The position numbers were made by a program, and so were the translations under genes. A stretch of DNA of 64,000 nucleotides, from assembly GCA_051294905.1 (NCBI GenBank), contig CM119372.1, forward strand, positions 31,622,001 to 31,686,000, in the 5' to 3' direction. Source of the DNA: Botryllus schlosseri (lineage: Eukaryota). The notes under the pieces were generated by a model. The model was not told the DNA's origin. It worked only from the letters and a program-made list of their open reading frames with translations, and made no database searches. Each line of letters begins with the position of its first letter. Position 1 is the stretch's first letter. Positions 38,801-52,149 of this stretch are shown here, piece by piece.

Positions 38801-39766
38801 TAGAGGATGTAGGATGGAGTGACGACCCATTGTTATCTTTGATTGAATGTATTATGACGCTTTAGATAGGTCATGGTCTAGTGCTTAGGGACCGATGCTC
38901 TGTTGCGAATTAAAACTGTGTACGGTAGGTAGCCCCAATGATATATATACAATGATTGGATACTCCAGTGAGCTCTGCGTTTGAGCGCGTCGCGAGTCAT
39001 GCTTCACTACAGGAATGAAATCGATGTAAACAAACGGTTCGCCAGCAATCTTTCTTCAGGAACTGGCGTTAACGTAGTGAAAAGTTTTTTATCGAGACCT
39101 CTTTTGCACGTGAAATGTGTGCATACTGTACAGGTTTTGGCCGATACCAGTAGCATGGCTTAATATTCAGACGAAACTGTTGTACCAGTGTGCCTACGTG
39201 ATGAACATTGTGATCGGAGGTGGTCTCGCAGTATCAAATAAAGGTGGATACTTCATAGTACGAGCTAGAGTTGGGATCAGGTCACTATCTTCAAGTCATT
39301 GCAAATTTTTAATCAAGTCACGAAGTCATTTCTAAATTTTTCAAGTCAATTCAGGCAGGTTCTAAAACTGACTTTGAAGTCAGGCCTTCTGAAGTTGTGA
39401 AAGTAGGCAAAACCTACTTGAGGATATCGCAAAAAGCATCACGTTTTTGAAGTAATAATAGTCATTATTCCTTTGTTACAGAGATTCATCTTGTGATCCG
39501 AATGCTCATATATACAATTGAATAAAAATAAAAATATTTTTATTTGATACATATCAGGAGTAATCGTCAGCAGCTTGTAGATACAGTATACAATTGACTA
39601 ACAGATGTATACAAAGTAAAGTCTAACTCATTTCTTCATACTACTCGAGTACTTTTCAGACCGTTCATTTTCTGCTTCAACAAGTAGATTTCAATATCCA
39701 ATTGACTAAGAAACGTCTGCAAAACCTGGTCTTAACCTACTTTTTCAAACTACGGTACTTCATAAG

Positions 39767-39945
39767 CAATGTTCCCTCTAAGCTGCGGATGTGCGCAAAT
39801 GCGCAGTGCTGAAGCGGTCCCTGCGCACAGAAAATCTAGGTTGCGCACAGAAAATCCGAAGTGATGTTTTTTTGAAGTCGTTGCGCACTGTTGTCCATGG
39901 CACCACGCAGGCGCGCAAACTCGTGAAAAATTAGAGGGAACATTG
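39767..39945. mobile_element. Short MITE with CAATGTTCCCTCTAA TIR
   Basis: Perfect 15-bp TIRs; a second right end of this family lies at ~44580-44613. Confidence 0.8.
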
Positions 39946-40166
39946 CCAGGGGCAAATAGTGTTATCGCTGAAGTCTTACATTGAGGTACAAGTGCGGCCA
40001 GCAAAGGTAAATACTGCACTCCGTGAAGAAATGAGACTTTGCAATCACGAGCTTCTAACGAAAAATCTTTTCTTTTTGTATGGTCTCGTACGCGTGAGCG
40101 ATACTGATATCATTTCAATAGCGCATTATTTTCCGGGAATGGCGAAATAACATGGTTTAACATAGT

Positions 40167-43100
40167 TGTCGTCTCCAAAAATGTCGACGATTGTATTAAG
40201 CTGGCTTTCTTCTGTTTCCCAACTGACACCAAACAAGAACACCAAATGGATGAATCTATTATTTGATGACGTTAAAAAATATCTCGAAACCCTGACAACA
40301 TAATAGAATAACAAATATCAGCAAACCAGTACAACAACAAACATCAAAACAGACGACCTCCATCGCGTCACTCCACATAAAAATGCACGTGCACCGCAAA
40401 GTGCTCGAGGTGGCGAAGGGTGAGCCATAACGAAATAAACCACCGTGACATTGCCGGCCCTGTGACCAACTGGAAACCGTCATGGTCAACCACAAAAGGT
40501 CACAACAAATTGATGAGAGGTGGTTGTGTAAAGAAATATTGCGAAAAATAAATCAGGACAGTTATAAGCGACGCAACTTACGAATGTTACGTTCGTATGT
40601 TCCACATGCAGAACGAGCCCTAACTCTCCTGACTGAGCCAATACAGTCATGGCACATGATTAGGAAACAATCAAGAAATTGCCTTATTGACATGAGTACC
40701 TTAGAGGTCAATTATTTTACGAACACAAAATTGTGCAATATCAGGAGCACAGGCGTCTCCAAAGATGCGAGAAGTCATCTGAAGTCAGAGCTGCTGCCCG
40801 TTGACATTTAAACATTCAAAATTGACATAATGCCCTAACGAGCGACGAATCGGGTATGAATATGATTAAAAATTAGGATCAGCAAAATTGGCATTAAATG
40901 CAGAAAAATATCGTCTCATGAAATTTTCCGCAATAACAGAAGTCTTGTTATTGCAACCAAGGAAAATTAACGTCAGTAGAATACACACAATTTGTTCGAA
41001 GGGTTTTGTCGCAACCCATAAAACAGCCAAGTTATCATAAATTAACTGTTGACTTTGTAATCCAGGAAACGCATAAGAACTTGTTACTAATAATAAGGTG
41101 AAAATCATTTACATCCATAAATGGGTGGAAATTGGACACGGCCTTCAGGTATCATTGTGCATTTGTGCAACAATATCTGCACTTGGGGTAAGATTTACAA
41201 TATCATGAAAGTGACAAGTACATCATTCAAGTTGCTGCCAGTGCTTTACCCAATTCCTTCAACGGACATGGGCACAAATTTAGGCTGACGGGGAAGTATG
41301 GCAGCGGTATTTATCAAACAAGTCAGAGGTTCACCACTGATAACCAATTGGTTAAGGAAAAACAAAGTACACATGCAGTTGGTAGCCCCAGAAATAAGGA
41401 ATGCATGCGTGATAAAACTGGTAGAAACTACCAGACAGGTGATTATCACCAAGGGTGTGGACAGATGTACCGGACAATTTATCTCGGCAATTGCAGGAGA
41501 TAGAGCCGTAATTGTGTTGTTACTGGCAACAACAATCGATTTAGAATATACCGAACATTTGTATGCGTCATGTAATAAAGTGCCTTGAGCACAGCCACAT
41601 CCATGAATTTTGCAATGACATGTAGATGGGTAATAATTGTGATCATGATCACAGAATAAACAATTACGGCGTAACAGACTCTCTTCTACGAGCCCATGAA
41701 GTTGCTGAACTTGCATCTTTTTGAAGTCTTCAAATTTGAAGAGAGGATGAAGGTCTTGAAACAGGATACATGATGAACGTAGCTTCTTTTCAGCAACATA
41801 TCGATGCACCGAGCTTGAATCCATAGATGTAGAATTCACCTCTATTGCAGTTTTGCGCGGATTCTTCGAGTACATCTTGTGCAGTACGTTTAGATTAACA
41901 TCTTCGGGTTCAAGTGAACAATCAGATTCATTGTTGACCGGACCAAATGGTGACCGAGTCCATGTTGTCTTCTTCTTTACAAATTCAACGAAATCGTTGC
42001 AATTTGGATTAACACTGGCTTCTTCCTGGTGAATTACAGGAGATGAAGGTGGAATAACAGGACATTGAGCAGGCTGCAGCAGCTCACAATTGTGAGTGTT
42101 AACTGTTGCAGGGTGCGGAGTACTATCAATGGACATTTCACAAGTGTGAAAGCCTCGATTAAAGTTGGTCGCATCAGCCGCCCCATTACGGGGGATCCTT
42201 GGAGGCTGACCGAACCAAGTATGTGATAGAAGTGGCTGCGAAGCCAGCCCATTACTGGTGGTCGAGTATTGAGAAGTAGAGGACCATTTTGGTTGCACAG
42301 CCGGCCCATTATAGGCTTCTGAGTACTGGCAACTGAATGGCAAATCTGGTTGCACAGCCGGCCCATTACAGGGGGCTGAGTACCGGTAATAAGATGTCTT
42401 TTCTGATAACGAACATCCTTCAACACACGTAGTAGGGCAAGTTGCAAAAATATGACATTGCGTGGGAATGGCCAGAGTATTGAGAAAGTCTTCTGTGAGT
42501 GGTTTATCATTAATAGCATCGCCAACTGGCAGTTCTTTGTTATGGGCGTCATTACTATCGAAGCCGCAGAATCCTTTATGACTGGTCACAGAAGCTAATG
42601 ATCCAAATTGTGACGAAACTGTTGCTTTATACCGTTTAAGTTTTGACTGAGCACTGAAAGTCTCCCGTTCCAACCTTTTCAAATTGTCTTCCCCTTGCGT
42701 CCACAATGTCTCTAAGTTGTCAAGTGACGTACTTACACTTTCAGCAGTAATAAGTTTACGGAATGTGTCGTCAGCAATATTCTTTGTATATAGACATAGG
42801 TCATGAAATGACAAAATTCTTTCTAATATCAATTCGGCATGGACACTGCCCTCGGTTATCTTTTCTTTGATACCGGTAGTAAGTTTGTTCAACTGGGTAT
42901 TTACTCGATAGAATGTCTCGTCGAGACTGTCTTTTGCAGACAGAACAGTTCGGGGAGTAGCTCCGCTCAAACATTCAGTAAAATAGGCATCGGCAGCGTG
43001 GAAGTCTCTTGCTAGACCGGCCAAAATATTGTCAGTGGCTTGCATATCGAAACCACTGAGTGAAATCGCCTGATCGGCATCAAGGTCTTTTCTTGGACCA

Positions 43101-43495
43101 ATAGTAATGTCATTGACTTGCGCATCGAAGTCTTTGACTCTTGATTGGAGAATTTGTAACGTAGGCAACACTCGATTTTGTAACCTTTGTCGTCTCCAAG
43201 TAGAGACTTATGAAGAATGTGATTGGAGTAGGCTGACTCTGGATCTCCTCCCCAACTGGTACGAAACAAGAACTCCAAATGGACGAATATCTTATTAAAA
43301 TACCGTTGAAAAATTGCTGGTAATATCCTGGTAAGACCAAATACTCCAGTAAATAAAACAATAAATGAACAGATCAACAACAGCAAAACAAAGCTGGCTA
43401 CTCTCACCACGTCGCTCACGTAAATGAACACACGTGCGCTACGAAGCAGTATAAGTGGCGAGTGAGCCATAAAGAAAATAATATCCACCGTGACA
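40167..43495 (-). mobile_element. Old, internally deleted BEL/Pao LTR retrotransposon
   Basis: Two diverged LTRs (43495-43188, 40450-40167), both TGTCACGGTGG...TTGGAGACGACA. 5-bp TSD ATAGT at 40162-40166 and 43496-43500. PPT-like AGGGCCGGCAA before the 3' LTR. No RT or integrase seen. Confidence 0.85.
41246..43171 (-). CDS. BEL/Pao Gag(-protease)-derived ORF, 641 codons (first ATG ~43045)
   Basis: Helical-looking N-terminus and a degenerate BEL-type triple knuckle (CILFQDLHPLFKFEDF...RRNCLFCDHDH...CKIHGCGCAQGTLLHD), then a protease-like THAFLISGATNCMCT with the catalytic Asp replaced. Confidence 0.65.
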   Translation of the reverse strand: MLPTLQILQSRVKDFDAQVNDITIGPRKDLDADQAISLSGFDMQATDNILAGLARDFHAADAYFTECLSGATPRTVLSAKDSLDETFYRVNTQLNKLTTGIKEKITEGSVHAELILERILSFHDLCLYTKNIADDTFRKLITAESVSTSLDNLETLWTQGEDNLKRLERETFSAQSKLKRYKATVSSQFGSLASVTSHKGFCGFDSNDAHNKELPVGDAINDKPLTEDFLNTLAIPTQCHIFATCPTTCVEGCSLSEKTSYYRYSAPCNGPAVQPDLPFSCQYSEAYNGPAVQPKWSSTSQYSTTSNGLASQPLLSHTWFGQPPRIPRNGAADATNFNRGFHTCEMSIDSTPHPATVNTHNCELLQPAQCPVIPPSSPVIHQEEASVNPNCNDFVEFVKKKTTWTRSPFGPVNNESDCSLEPEDVNLNVLHKMYSKNPRKTAIEVNSTSMDSSSVHRYVAEKKLRSSCILFQDLHPLFKFEDFKKMQVQQLHGLVEESLLRRNCLFCDHDHNYYPSTCHCKIHGCGCAQGTLLHDAYKCSVYSKSIVVASNNTITALSPAIAEINCPVHLSTPLVIITCLVVSTSFITHAFLISGATNCMCTLFFLNQLVISGEPLTCLINTAAILPRQPKFVPMSVEGIG

Positions 43496-46400
43496 ATAGT
43501 TATAAATAACAATGGGCGAGCTCGAAGTTAATCTGCGAGAAACTAGCGCATAGTCTTCTCCGCGTGTCATGAACATTGCGTAAGATTTCCTCAGGACCGT
43601 ATCTGCCGCACCCAAACCCTCAATTAGGGGGCCGAGATCGAAAGGAACCCAAAATTATTTCGTGAATTAACATAAATCATGGTGTATTTTTTGGGAATTT
43701 TTCAAAATATTTATCGCGCCGTGCGCGAATTAATTTTGTCAAATGTCTTGATTATTGGGTACCCGTCCCACAACAAAAATAGGCGTGATTAAGAGAAATG
43801 GGCACTTGGGCGTCGGCCATTACCTTATGCCACGGCGCACCAAGACATAGATGAAGTTATAGGCTATGTGACATGCGACTCCGAGAAGTGCGCCAAAACG
43901 ATCAGCAGCGAGAAAAGCTTGGCCGAAAAGGACTGCCCTATATGCTGACCGAAAACTTCGATTCATACATATAAGTTTAATTGTCCACAGGTGCGTAAAT
44001 GGCTGGCGCTGAATGTTCATGTGCTGGCGATCCGAGTCCCACAACAAGACAAATGCCATGTCGAGGGAACATTATTTGCCGGTTGAGAAATACCAATTTT
44101 AAATCGTGTTCGTGTTTTAGTTTAGTACGTTTGAGCGATTTCAATGTCTTTTGACATAGCCGATGGGAGGTCACGACATAGCATCATATAACCAAGTCAT
44201 TATACCAACGAGTGCGCGCGAAGATGTTTAATTAATATTTAGAGGACCTACCTTTTCTAACACACATCACTTGATCAGCTTTATCGGTAAATCTGATTAT
44301 GTGAGCAGAGAGATGATAAAAATGGATAGCAATAGATATATGCTATGTAATTCCCGATCATATTGACCGATTCAATCATGAATCATATAGAATTTTCACG
44401 CTTCGCGCGTTTAGGCGAGATAGCCACTAAGCCCCCCGATGTAGATGATATCGGCAAAAAGCGCAGAGCCCGATAGGGGGTCTGGGGGACTTCGCCCCCG
44501 ATAAGTTCGGTTTATCACCTTATGTGGGGGGCTGGTTGCGCACTATTGTCCAAGGGCCTGCGCAGTGAGTTAACGTGTTTGCGCAGACTCGTGAAAAATT
44601 AGAGGGAACATTGTTCATGAGTACAATTTAACATGATATGATGGTATATCTTATAAGTGTATGTGTGCGCAAGAGCGACCCACAATAGGTAGAAAGTTCC
44701 TGCCACTGTCCATGTCAGGTTTGATAGACTTGTGCACAGCCAATGATCTATAAATGATTGTTCACAGCATATACTTTGTATGGTCATTAAATTGTAATGT
44801 TGTCCATGTCCAGTCCAGTTTGTCAACTCTTACAATCATAGTTGACTTGCAAGATGGTGACTTCGAAGAATGGGACGGAATAGAGACTATCCAACAATCC
44901 CCTTCACTTACAAATCTCCGAACTTACACATCACCATCTATTCCCTCAACGGTCGAGGTGATCATGGAAGAAGTTGGTCGAATCCGAGCATCATAACAAT
45001 GTGTCATCGCATGGGTATTACAGAAGAAGGATTTTGAACAGCTTAAATACCTCACCTCTTCATGGACTCCTAAATGCTCTGATACTAGTCGTGTCTAAAT
45101 TTCATCAACACCATAATATCATTGAGAATTTTATACAGGGTATGGATATTTCATTTACTATAACACTTGAAAACTGCATAAACAACTTTTGTTATCATGT
45201 CAGACTTGTTGTCATCTAAATTCAGAATAACAAGAACCAAAATCCTAGTCAACGGAAAGCATTTAAGTCAAGTGAATATGTAGCAAAAGAGGATTTTCAT
45301 GTTTATGCAAATTACAATATCAGATGTACCTATGTTTAAGCCACTCGATAAATGTACTGTCTGCATCTATTTTTGTTGTAATTTATGAAACTGTGCTGTG
45401 CTATTATGAACAATCGAATAACTGTGCCTAGTAGGAGTTGATAACGTCAATGTTTCTTGTCACGTAACAAAAATATATATTCTCAAATGTTATTTATTCT
45501 AGCATTTTTATCCTCTCTTAATGACAATGACAGGACGGCAGTTGGATGGTAGAGCAGCGATCTCACATGACGTTGAACATCGGAGGGCATTCAATCATCA
45601 AGTACCATGGCATTTGAACACTAGTATGTTTCAAGCCGTTCAGTCAGTTCATAGTCTTTCAGCAAGATTATTTTTCTCTGCATCAATCGATCCAATGAGT
45701 ATCGATCCAATCCGGCACCATTCGTCAAAGTATTATTCATTTTGACTACAATCTTTGGAAATATCTCAATGTCTGAAGCAAAGTGGAACATGACATGGTT
45801 GCTTCTCATGGACGGCCTGGCGTGCCGAAATCCCATAAGATAATGATTTGCACTTTTATTAAGATCCCTGAATCCTTTTCAATTTCCTCGCGGCTGTGGG
45901 TTGCTTTGCGGCTGTTTCAATACACGAACAATCTTTTCTTGAAAGTTTGAATGGACTATAATTTATAAAAAATGTTAACGATCCTGTAAAAAATTTATGC
46001 ATTAGACATTTACAGAATGGGAATTTCTTATTTCACAGTTTTGCCAGTCAACTACAATTGAAATCAAGTTATTTATTCAATCCGTCAAGTATTTTCCGTA
46101 CTGCCACATATGCAATATATATGAGCAATATGCATATTCAAGAGAGATTTTGCATTGGATGATTGTGGAGTTACATTGCTGGAAAAATAACCTGAGTATT
46201 TGAGGCAGCAGCACATACAATGCAAGTTGATGCTCATGCTCAGGTCTTAAAGCGTGATGCAAATGGCGAAAAGTTATGAAGGTTATACATAAAAAACCAT
46301 AGACGTACACACTATACAATGACGAAGGTTACAAAATCATTTCCTAACCTTTCAATGAATAAGACACCATAGAATGTTGCTCGCAAATGCATAAATCATC

Positions 46401-47662
46401 TATTTTGTACAATCCGTCCAGCTATCAATCTTAACGAGTACTCCATGTTAATTTTCAAGGTTTACAGGCAATTCATGGGGAACACTTCACAACGGGTAGT
46501 TCATATCAAATAAGTGCAAAAACGTTTACCAGGTATATTTTGAATAAATGGGCATTGGTAGACGCTTTCGGACACCCCGGTGTGAAAGATTCAACTATTG
46601 AGAGTAGTCACATATCACGCCAGGTCGATGTGCACAATACCAACTATGGAGTGATTATCCTCAATGTCATTCTAGTGCATTGTTTTGCCGATGGAATATT
46701 GTTTGGAACAATGCCGATTCTCATCATTCATGTGGAATGTGGATTGAACAGCCTGACCCGGTAAAAAGTTATATCTGTTAGCATTTTACCAATCAGTACA
46801 ATGTTAGTTCCCGGTTAGTTCCGATTTTATATTATATTATGAAGGTACAATCGCAATACTGATACCATGGTTGCCAGTGAACTCGGCCCTACAATATTAC
46901 AACATATACTATATAAAACAACTTAGTTGCTCACACAATTATCGTAATCAACCCTTCTCTTTTAAAATATCAGGTGACATAAATGCTGCCAGAATATTTT
47001 AAAATCCTCTTTTAACAATCCTTCTAGGTTCTGCACATCTATATTGACGCTCACCCACAGTATCTATTAATTTTTTTGGCTGTGTCGTACATGCATGGTT
47101 GCAACCGATGCTAAAATGCCTCACAGCTAGTCGGTATTTTGATAAAATTAATGTGCATTGTTAAAAGTTATATTAGATCCTAGTATGCAGCACTGCCTCA
47201 CTATGCTCAAGAATCCAACAAAAACTAAACCAATTGGGGAAAAGCAGTGAATTAGTACCCCAGAAAGGTCGATTGCAGCACTCCCCCACAGTCGACATAC
47301 GCAATTCCGTACCTCTACTCAAGCATATCCCGCGACGGACTGATTTCGCCGGGAATCTATCTTATAGCGTTAAGGGGCGTGGCAGTTTCCAATCATTGTA
47401 TATATATCATTGGTTCGACCCAAACAGCTAAGCTACACAACAAATATTTTTAATTTTGTCAAGTGGGAAGCATCGTTTGGTCAAATTTACATCATTTTTA
47501 CAATTTTACAAAACCAGCCGATGCATTTACTTTGTCACAGTATCATGGTATAATTCCAAAAATTGCATCAATTTTGACTGCATCGCGAAAATGCATATTG
47601 CGATTTTCTTCCCCTGTGCAACTGAGTTGTAATTTGCAAGTAATGTCTAATTTTATCTATAT

Positions 47663-48990
47663 CAGGGGTGGGCAACTTTTTTGGCCAAAGGGACACATGA
47701 GATTTACGAACCATTGCGCGGACAACTGGAATGCTGATAACCTATTTTTAGTCGTCCGATAGGAGCGAATCGAAGTAGGTAACTGCAAACAAAACTTATA
47801 TTAATACGCTCTAATATTGATAGCAATATATCATGCAAATGTGCAGTGCGCAATCAGGCCGTGGTCGCGCGAAGCGCGAATTTTTTTTTGGCAAGATAAT
47901 GACTGAATTATATCAATAAATATGTTGGTAACATACATTGGGGGTCGCATCTGTATACCACTGGGCTCATTTGGTAAGGACAGGATTATTCGACGTTTAC
48001 ACATAGCAAAATCGAAGGTATCAGTGAACATATGCCTCTATCATTTTGTGCAAGTGTTTTGTCGACGATCTCGCTGCGAGTGCACAAGCGAAGCCGCATG
48101 TTGGACGACACGTTATCTCCTAATTGCGAATTAGCCAGGTTCTGTTGACGTGGTCGAACGCAGAAGAGAGATCGACAAACAAGGCATATGTTCGTTTATC
48201 AGTTTTTTCAGCAATGATTTGAGACTGCTTTGTGACATATATATGCAGTCGGTGGTTCCCTTCCCTTTTCTAAAACCACATTGGAATTCGAGAATTTGCT
48301 GGTTGTACCATTCTTCTATTCTTGATATGAATATTTGTATTAACAGTTTGCAGAATACGCTTCCAACATGAATAGCGCGATATGTTGATGGATCGGTTCT
48401 GCTTCCTTTGTTCTTCCATATGGCAGCTAGCTTGCTGTGGCCGAATGATTGGGGTAATTTTTCAATCTCCCATATAGTTTGGAACAATTCTGTGATTTTG
48501 TCCATGATCAATTTGGATGACGCCATTGCTCTCAAAATCTCCGGTGACACGTCTGAACTGGATTTCTTACGCTTCAGCTTTTCAATAGCTCGTTTAATTT
48601 CCTCGAGTGTTAGACTCAATTCTGTGAATAGTACGTAGGCCTATTTATACTTGTCAGAAGGGGGCTCAAATACTGAATGCAAAAAATCTAGTGACAATGA
48701 ATCATGCGAAGTACCGAGAAAAATTTCAAGTCAAATAAATCTGCTATGAAATATTCTACTTTATGGTCATATACGAAGATCTGGGATAAATGTGGCTGGC
48801 CCCTGGATACGTCAATGCGTCAGAAGTGTTGTTTTAGTCATCATCAAATTTCGCGGTCATGCTAATCAAATTTTGGTTGGCCTTGCAATTGTACCTTATG
48901 TCATAAATAATTACGAGAATTACCTCGCAGGCCCCACCTAACCTTCTCGTGTGCCAAATTTGGCCTGCGTGCCCCGGGCTGGCCGCACCA
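47663..48990. mobile_element. hAT MITE (sister of 14146-15414) interrupted by a LINE fragment
   Basis: CAGGGGTGGGCAAC start; collinear with the 14146 copy on both sides of ~48132-48640. Confidence 0.8.
48131..48625 (-). pseudogene. Non-LTR retrotransposon RT fragment (N-terminal RT subdomains)
   Basis: TLEEIKRAIEKLKRKKS, IWKNKGSRTDPSTYRAI and QCGFRKGKGTTDCIY motifs. Confidence 0.88.
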
Positions 48991-49997
48991 GTCCATGAGT
49001 GGACGGCCCAGAACAACCTTTGCATAAACGCCTCGAAATCGCAATTGCTGACAGTAAATTCAAAAAATAACCTAACCGTTAATATCGCTGGTCAGCCCGT
49101 TTCCAACACAGATAATGCCAAATATCTCGGAGTTTTGCTGGACTCGAACATGTCCTGGAAGAGTCATATTCAGTCCCTAGAAACTAAATTATCACCGAAG
49201 TGCGGCCTGTTCTACAGCCTTGGGCGCTTCATGCCAGCATGGGTTCTTCTGATACTCTTTAAATCCTTAATCCAATCGAAGTTACATTATGGCCTCCTCT
49301 GTTGGGGGGCTGCCAGTAAAACTGCACTCAAGCCACTGCAGAAACTACAGCATAAAGTACTCCGAATCATAGCTAGGGCTCCAAAAGGGCCTGGCTGCCC
49401 ATCCAATAAGTCGCTGCTGAAGAGATTTGGCGTCCTAAACATAGAAGATATGCGGAAACTAGAAATCGCCAAGTTTATGTATCAGTTTCACTGCGGTCGT
49501 TGCCCCGAATATTTCAATGACTTCTTTACCTCTGAATCAAAAGCGCACAAGTACAACACACGCGCGTCCACGTCGTCCAAATATCATATGATCGACCGAA
49601 AAGATCATCGCTCCATCAAATACTGATGTGTGGAACAGTATCCCGCCGGCCATCAGACAGTCGACGAGCATGTCCACATTCAAGTCGAAATACAAACAAT
49701 TACTACTAAATAAATACAGTCCATCCTCAAGATTACCGGACCACGACTGACCTATCGATCTCGCTTCCCTTGACATGCCGCCCTATTTCTTGTCGCATCC
49801 TTTTTCTATACTATCTTCTTTACTTTCATTCAGTGTGCATGCCTCCTCTTTACATCGCCTAGGCCAAGGTGGGTGTCAGATTCCATAGACTACTCCTTGT
49901 CGCTTCGACATCTTCCTGTCTTTTCATTGTATCGCATTTTTTGTGGTGTATTGAACTGATAAAATTGCTAATAAACCAATGATGATGATGATGATGG
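48991..49997 (+). mobile_element. 5'-truncated CR1/L2-like LINE 3' end with (ATG)n tail
   Basis: WTAQNNLCINASKS, KYLGVLLDSNMSWKSHI, LHYGLLCWG and HKYNTR motifs; 3' UTR ends AATAAACCA followed by (ATG)n. Confidence 0.88.
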
Positions 49998-50075
49998 TTA
50001 TTAATAACAGTGATTGGTGGTACATGAAAATGATATTGAAAATTCTTTGAAAGCAAATGTTTTCATGATAGAGAA

Positions 50076-50238
50076 GTTGGAGTTGGAGTCGGAGTCGGAG
50101 TCGAAGTCAGGGTCATTCTCACCAACTCCGACTCCAGTCAGTATTTTCCCCACGACTCCGACTCCGACTCCATCAAGCGAAAAATACCCAGACTCCGACT
50201 CCGACTCCACCGACTCCGACTGTGACTCCACAGCCCTG
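50076..50238. mobile_element. GGAGTC/GACTCC-family MITE end
   Basis: (GGAGTC)n and (GACTCC)n arrays ending GACTCCACAGCCCTG. Confidence 0.7.
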
Positions 50239-50593
50239 CTACTACGTGCTGGCATATTGGATATAATCCCAATGGCTTTGTTTTGTAATACCTGGAGCTT
50301 ATTTGATATGCTTCTTGTGAGAGCAACCCCAGTGGGGTTACCTCACGCTGGTATTCCATATGTAAGATGGCAGTGGATGAGGTGGGTGTATGATTTCAAA
50401 TACTACTCGAAGTCGTTTCGACACCTTCCTATCATTTATTTGTATCGCAATTTTTGTGGTGAATTGAACTGATAAAAATTGCTTATAAACCGAACCGAAC
50501 ATCTTCAGTTGCCACGACAAGTAAATTTCTGTGAGACCAACTTCACTGTTCAGTGTTCAGACATGAACGAGGATAGATTGATAGTGCTCTATG

Positions 50594-50602
50594 GTCACGT
50601 GG
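50594..50602. promoter_or_regulatory. Candidate CLEAR/E-box motif (GTCACGTGG) upstream of ATG2
   Basis: Matches the TFEB/MiT core GTCACGTG ~1.55 kb upstream of an autophagy gene; a single short motif, so weak support. Confidence 0.35.
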
Positions 50603-52149
50603 TGTAATTTGGTGAGCTAAACAAAGGAGGGGAAGCGCAGTTTTTAATGTATTATGTCATTTCGTTATATGTATGTTGCTTAAATGCCTATTCCAGTTGG
50701 ATTCGAGGTGCGTATGTTGGCGAGTGCTATTTGTCCTGTTCTTTGGCAGGGTGTGATCAGTTGAATATGAAATGTAACTTCGTTATCATGTTTTGGAAGC
50801 AACAATACCGGTACACAGTTTCAATATTTCTATGAAAAGCGTTTAAAAAATCGTCGGATAAAAGATCTCTGAATTTAAGCAGTTTCATGCCCGTTTCCCG
50901 AGTATTATTCTTGGGATGCAGTACTAAACTTCGAATCTTACCTTACTTTTCGTTTCCTGTTTGTCGTCTGGTAGTGTAAATATATTTTTTCATCCACAAC
51001 AACGGAGCTATCCTACCAGCACGATGAAAAGAACGTGTCGATATTTTTAGCGTTAACTTATATTTGCATTCTATATAGGGCTAGGGTAACACGGGAGTAT
51101 TTATTAGCATTACCCGCCCTATTTTTCATGGTACTCCAAGTCTCCAACCAACTCAATAGTTCGCAACGTTTTACTCAAGACTCGAGAAATCATCAAATCA
51201 CGGCACTCTCAGAATCAAAAACAGGGTTCACGTTCACGGCACCCTAACTTCGAGTAGACCTACACTAATTGCAAGATTCAAAAAGCGGATGACTATGTAA
51301 AAAGGTCACCAACTTCCTTTATATGTCATATCAGATCACTGTTCAAGTTCAGGCCCAGATTGTGATTGTGGTTGGTTGGTGGTGACTAAATATGTTACCG
51401 AAAGGTTTCATGTACGACTAGATCTACCGTATGTATTTATTTACAGCAGATTATAAAGATGACTAAGAAACGATTCTGTATCACATAAGCTACTCAACAC
51501 TGACAAAAGATGTTGTCACACTTAAACTTTATTGGTAGGCCTACAAGATATAATCATACCATTATCGAAAAATCACTTTGCCCTAATTCATGGGGAACAA
51601 GGTCTGAATGGTCACAAAACAGGGCATGATGAATAGGCTATGACAAATTTGTACCAAAACTTGTGAATGAGAATTCAGCTACTGGTACCGTTTTGTTCAG
51701 ACGTGTCTACATTCTATTGACAGACTTATATACTTATAGAAACGATAAATCTGTAAATTGCAAGCAAGGTATAATATTTTTGATTGCTGAATGCCAGGAT
51801 ATTTTTGATAAAGTGTAACTGTCGTGATTTCATCTGTATGTGTGAAACCATTAGGGAAGGAACTTAGTTACCTTCCTCTTTATGTATGACCTGTTTGCAA
51901 ATGTTATTCGCTACACAGCTATAGGCCTCTTTAGCCTGAATCTGGGCACATCATCATCTGGATAAAATACTCCATTTTATTCAGACATTGGTAGTATCTT
52001 TATATGCGTTATCATAGTGAGCTGAACTTTACAACAGAGATAATTATTATTAATTTATTTTCATAATAATCCTTCGTTAGTATATGTCATACTTGCAGAA
52101 CCATAGACACGTAGATCCTTGCCTAATTACGTGCTAATAAACATTGAAA

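Noticed and set aside
50001..50472. ES/TP-repeat proteins (152 aa and overlapping ORFs)
   Set aside because: Translations of GGAGTC/GACTCC MITE repeats.
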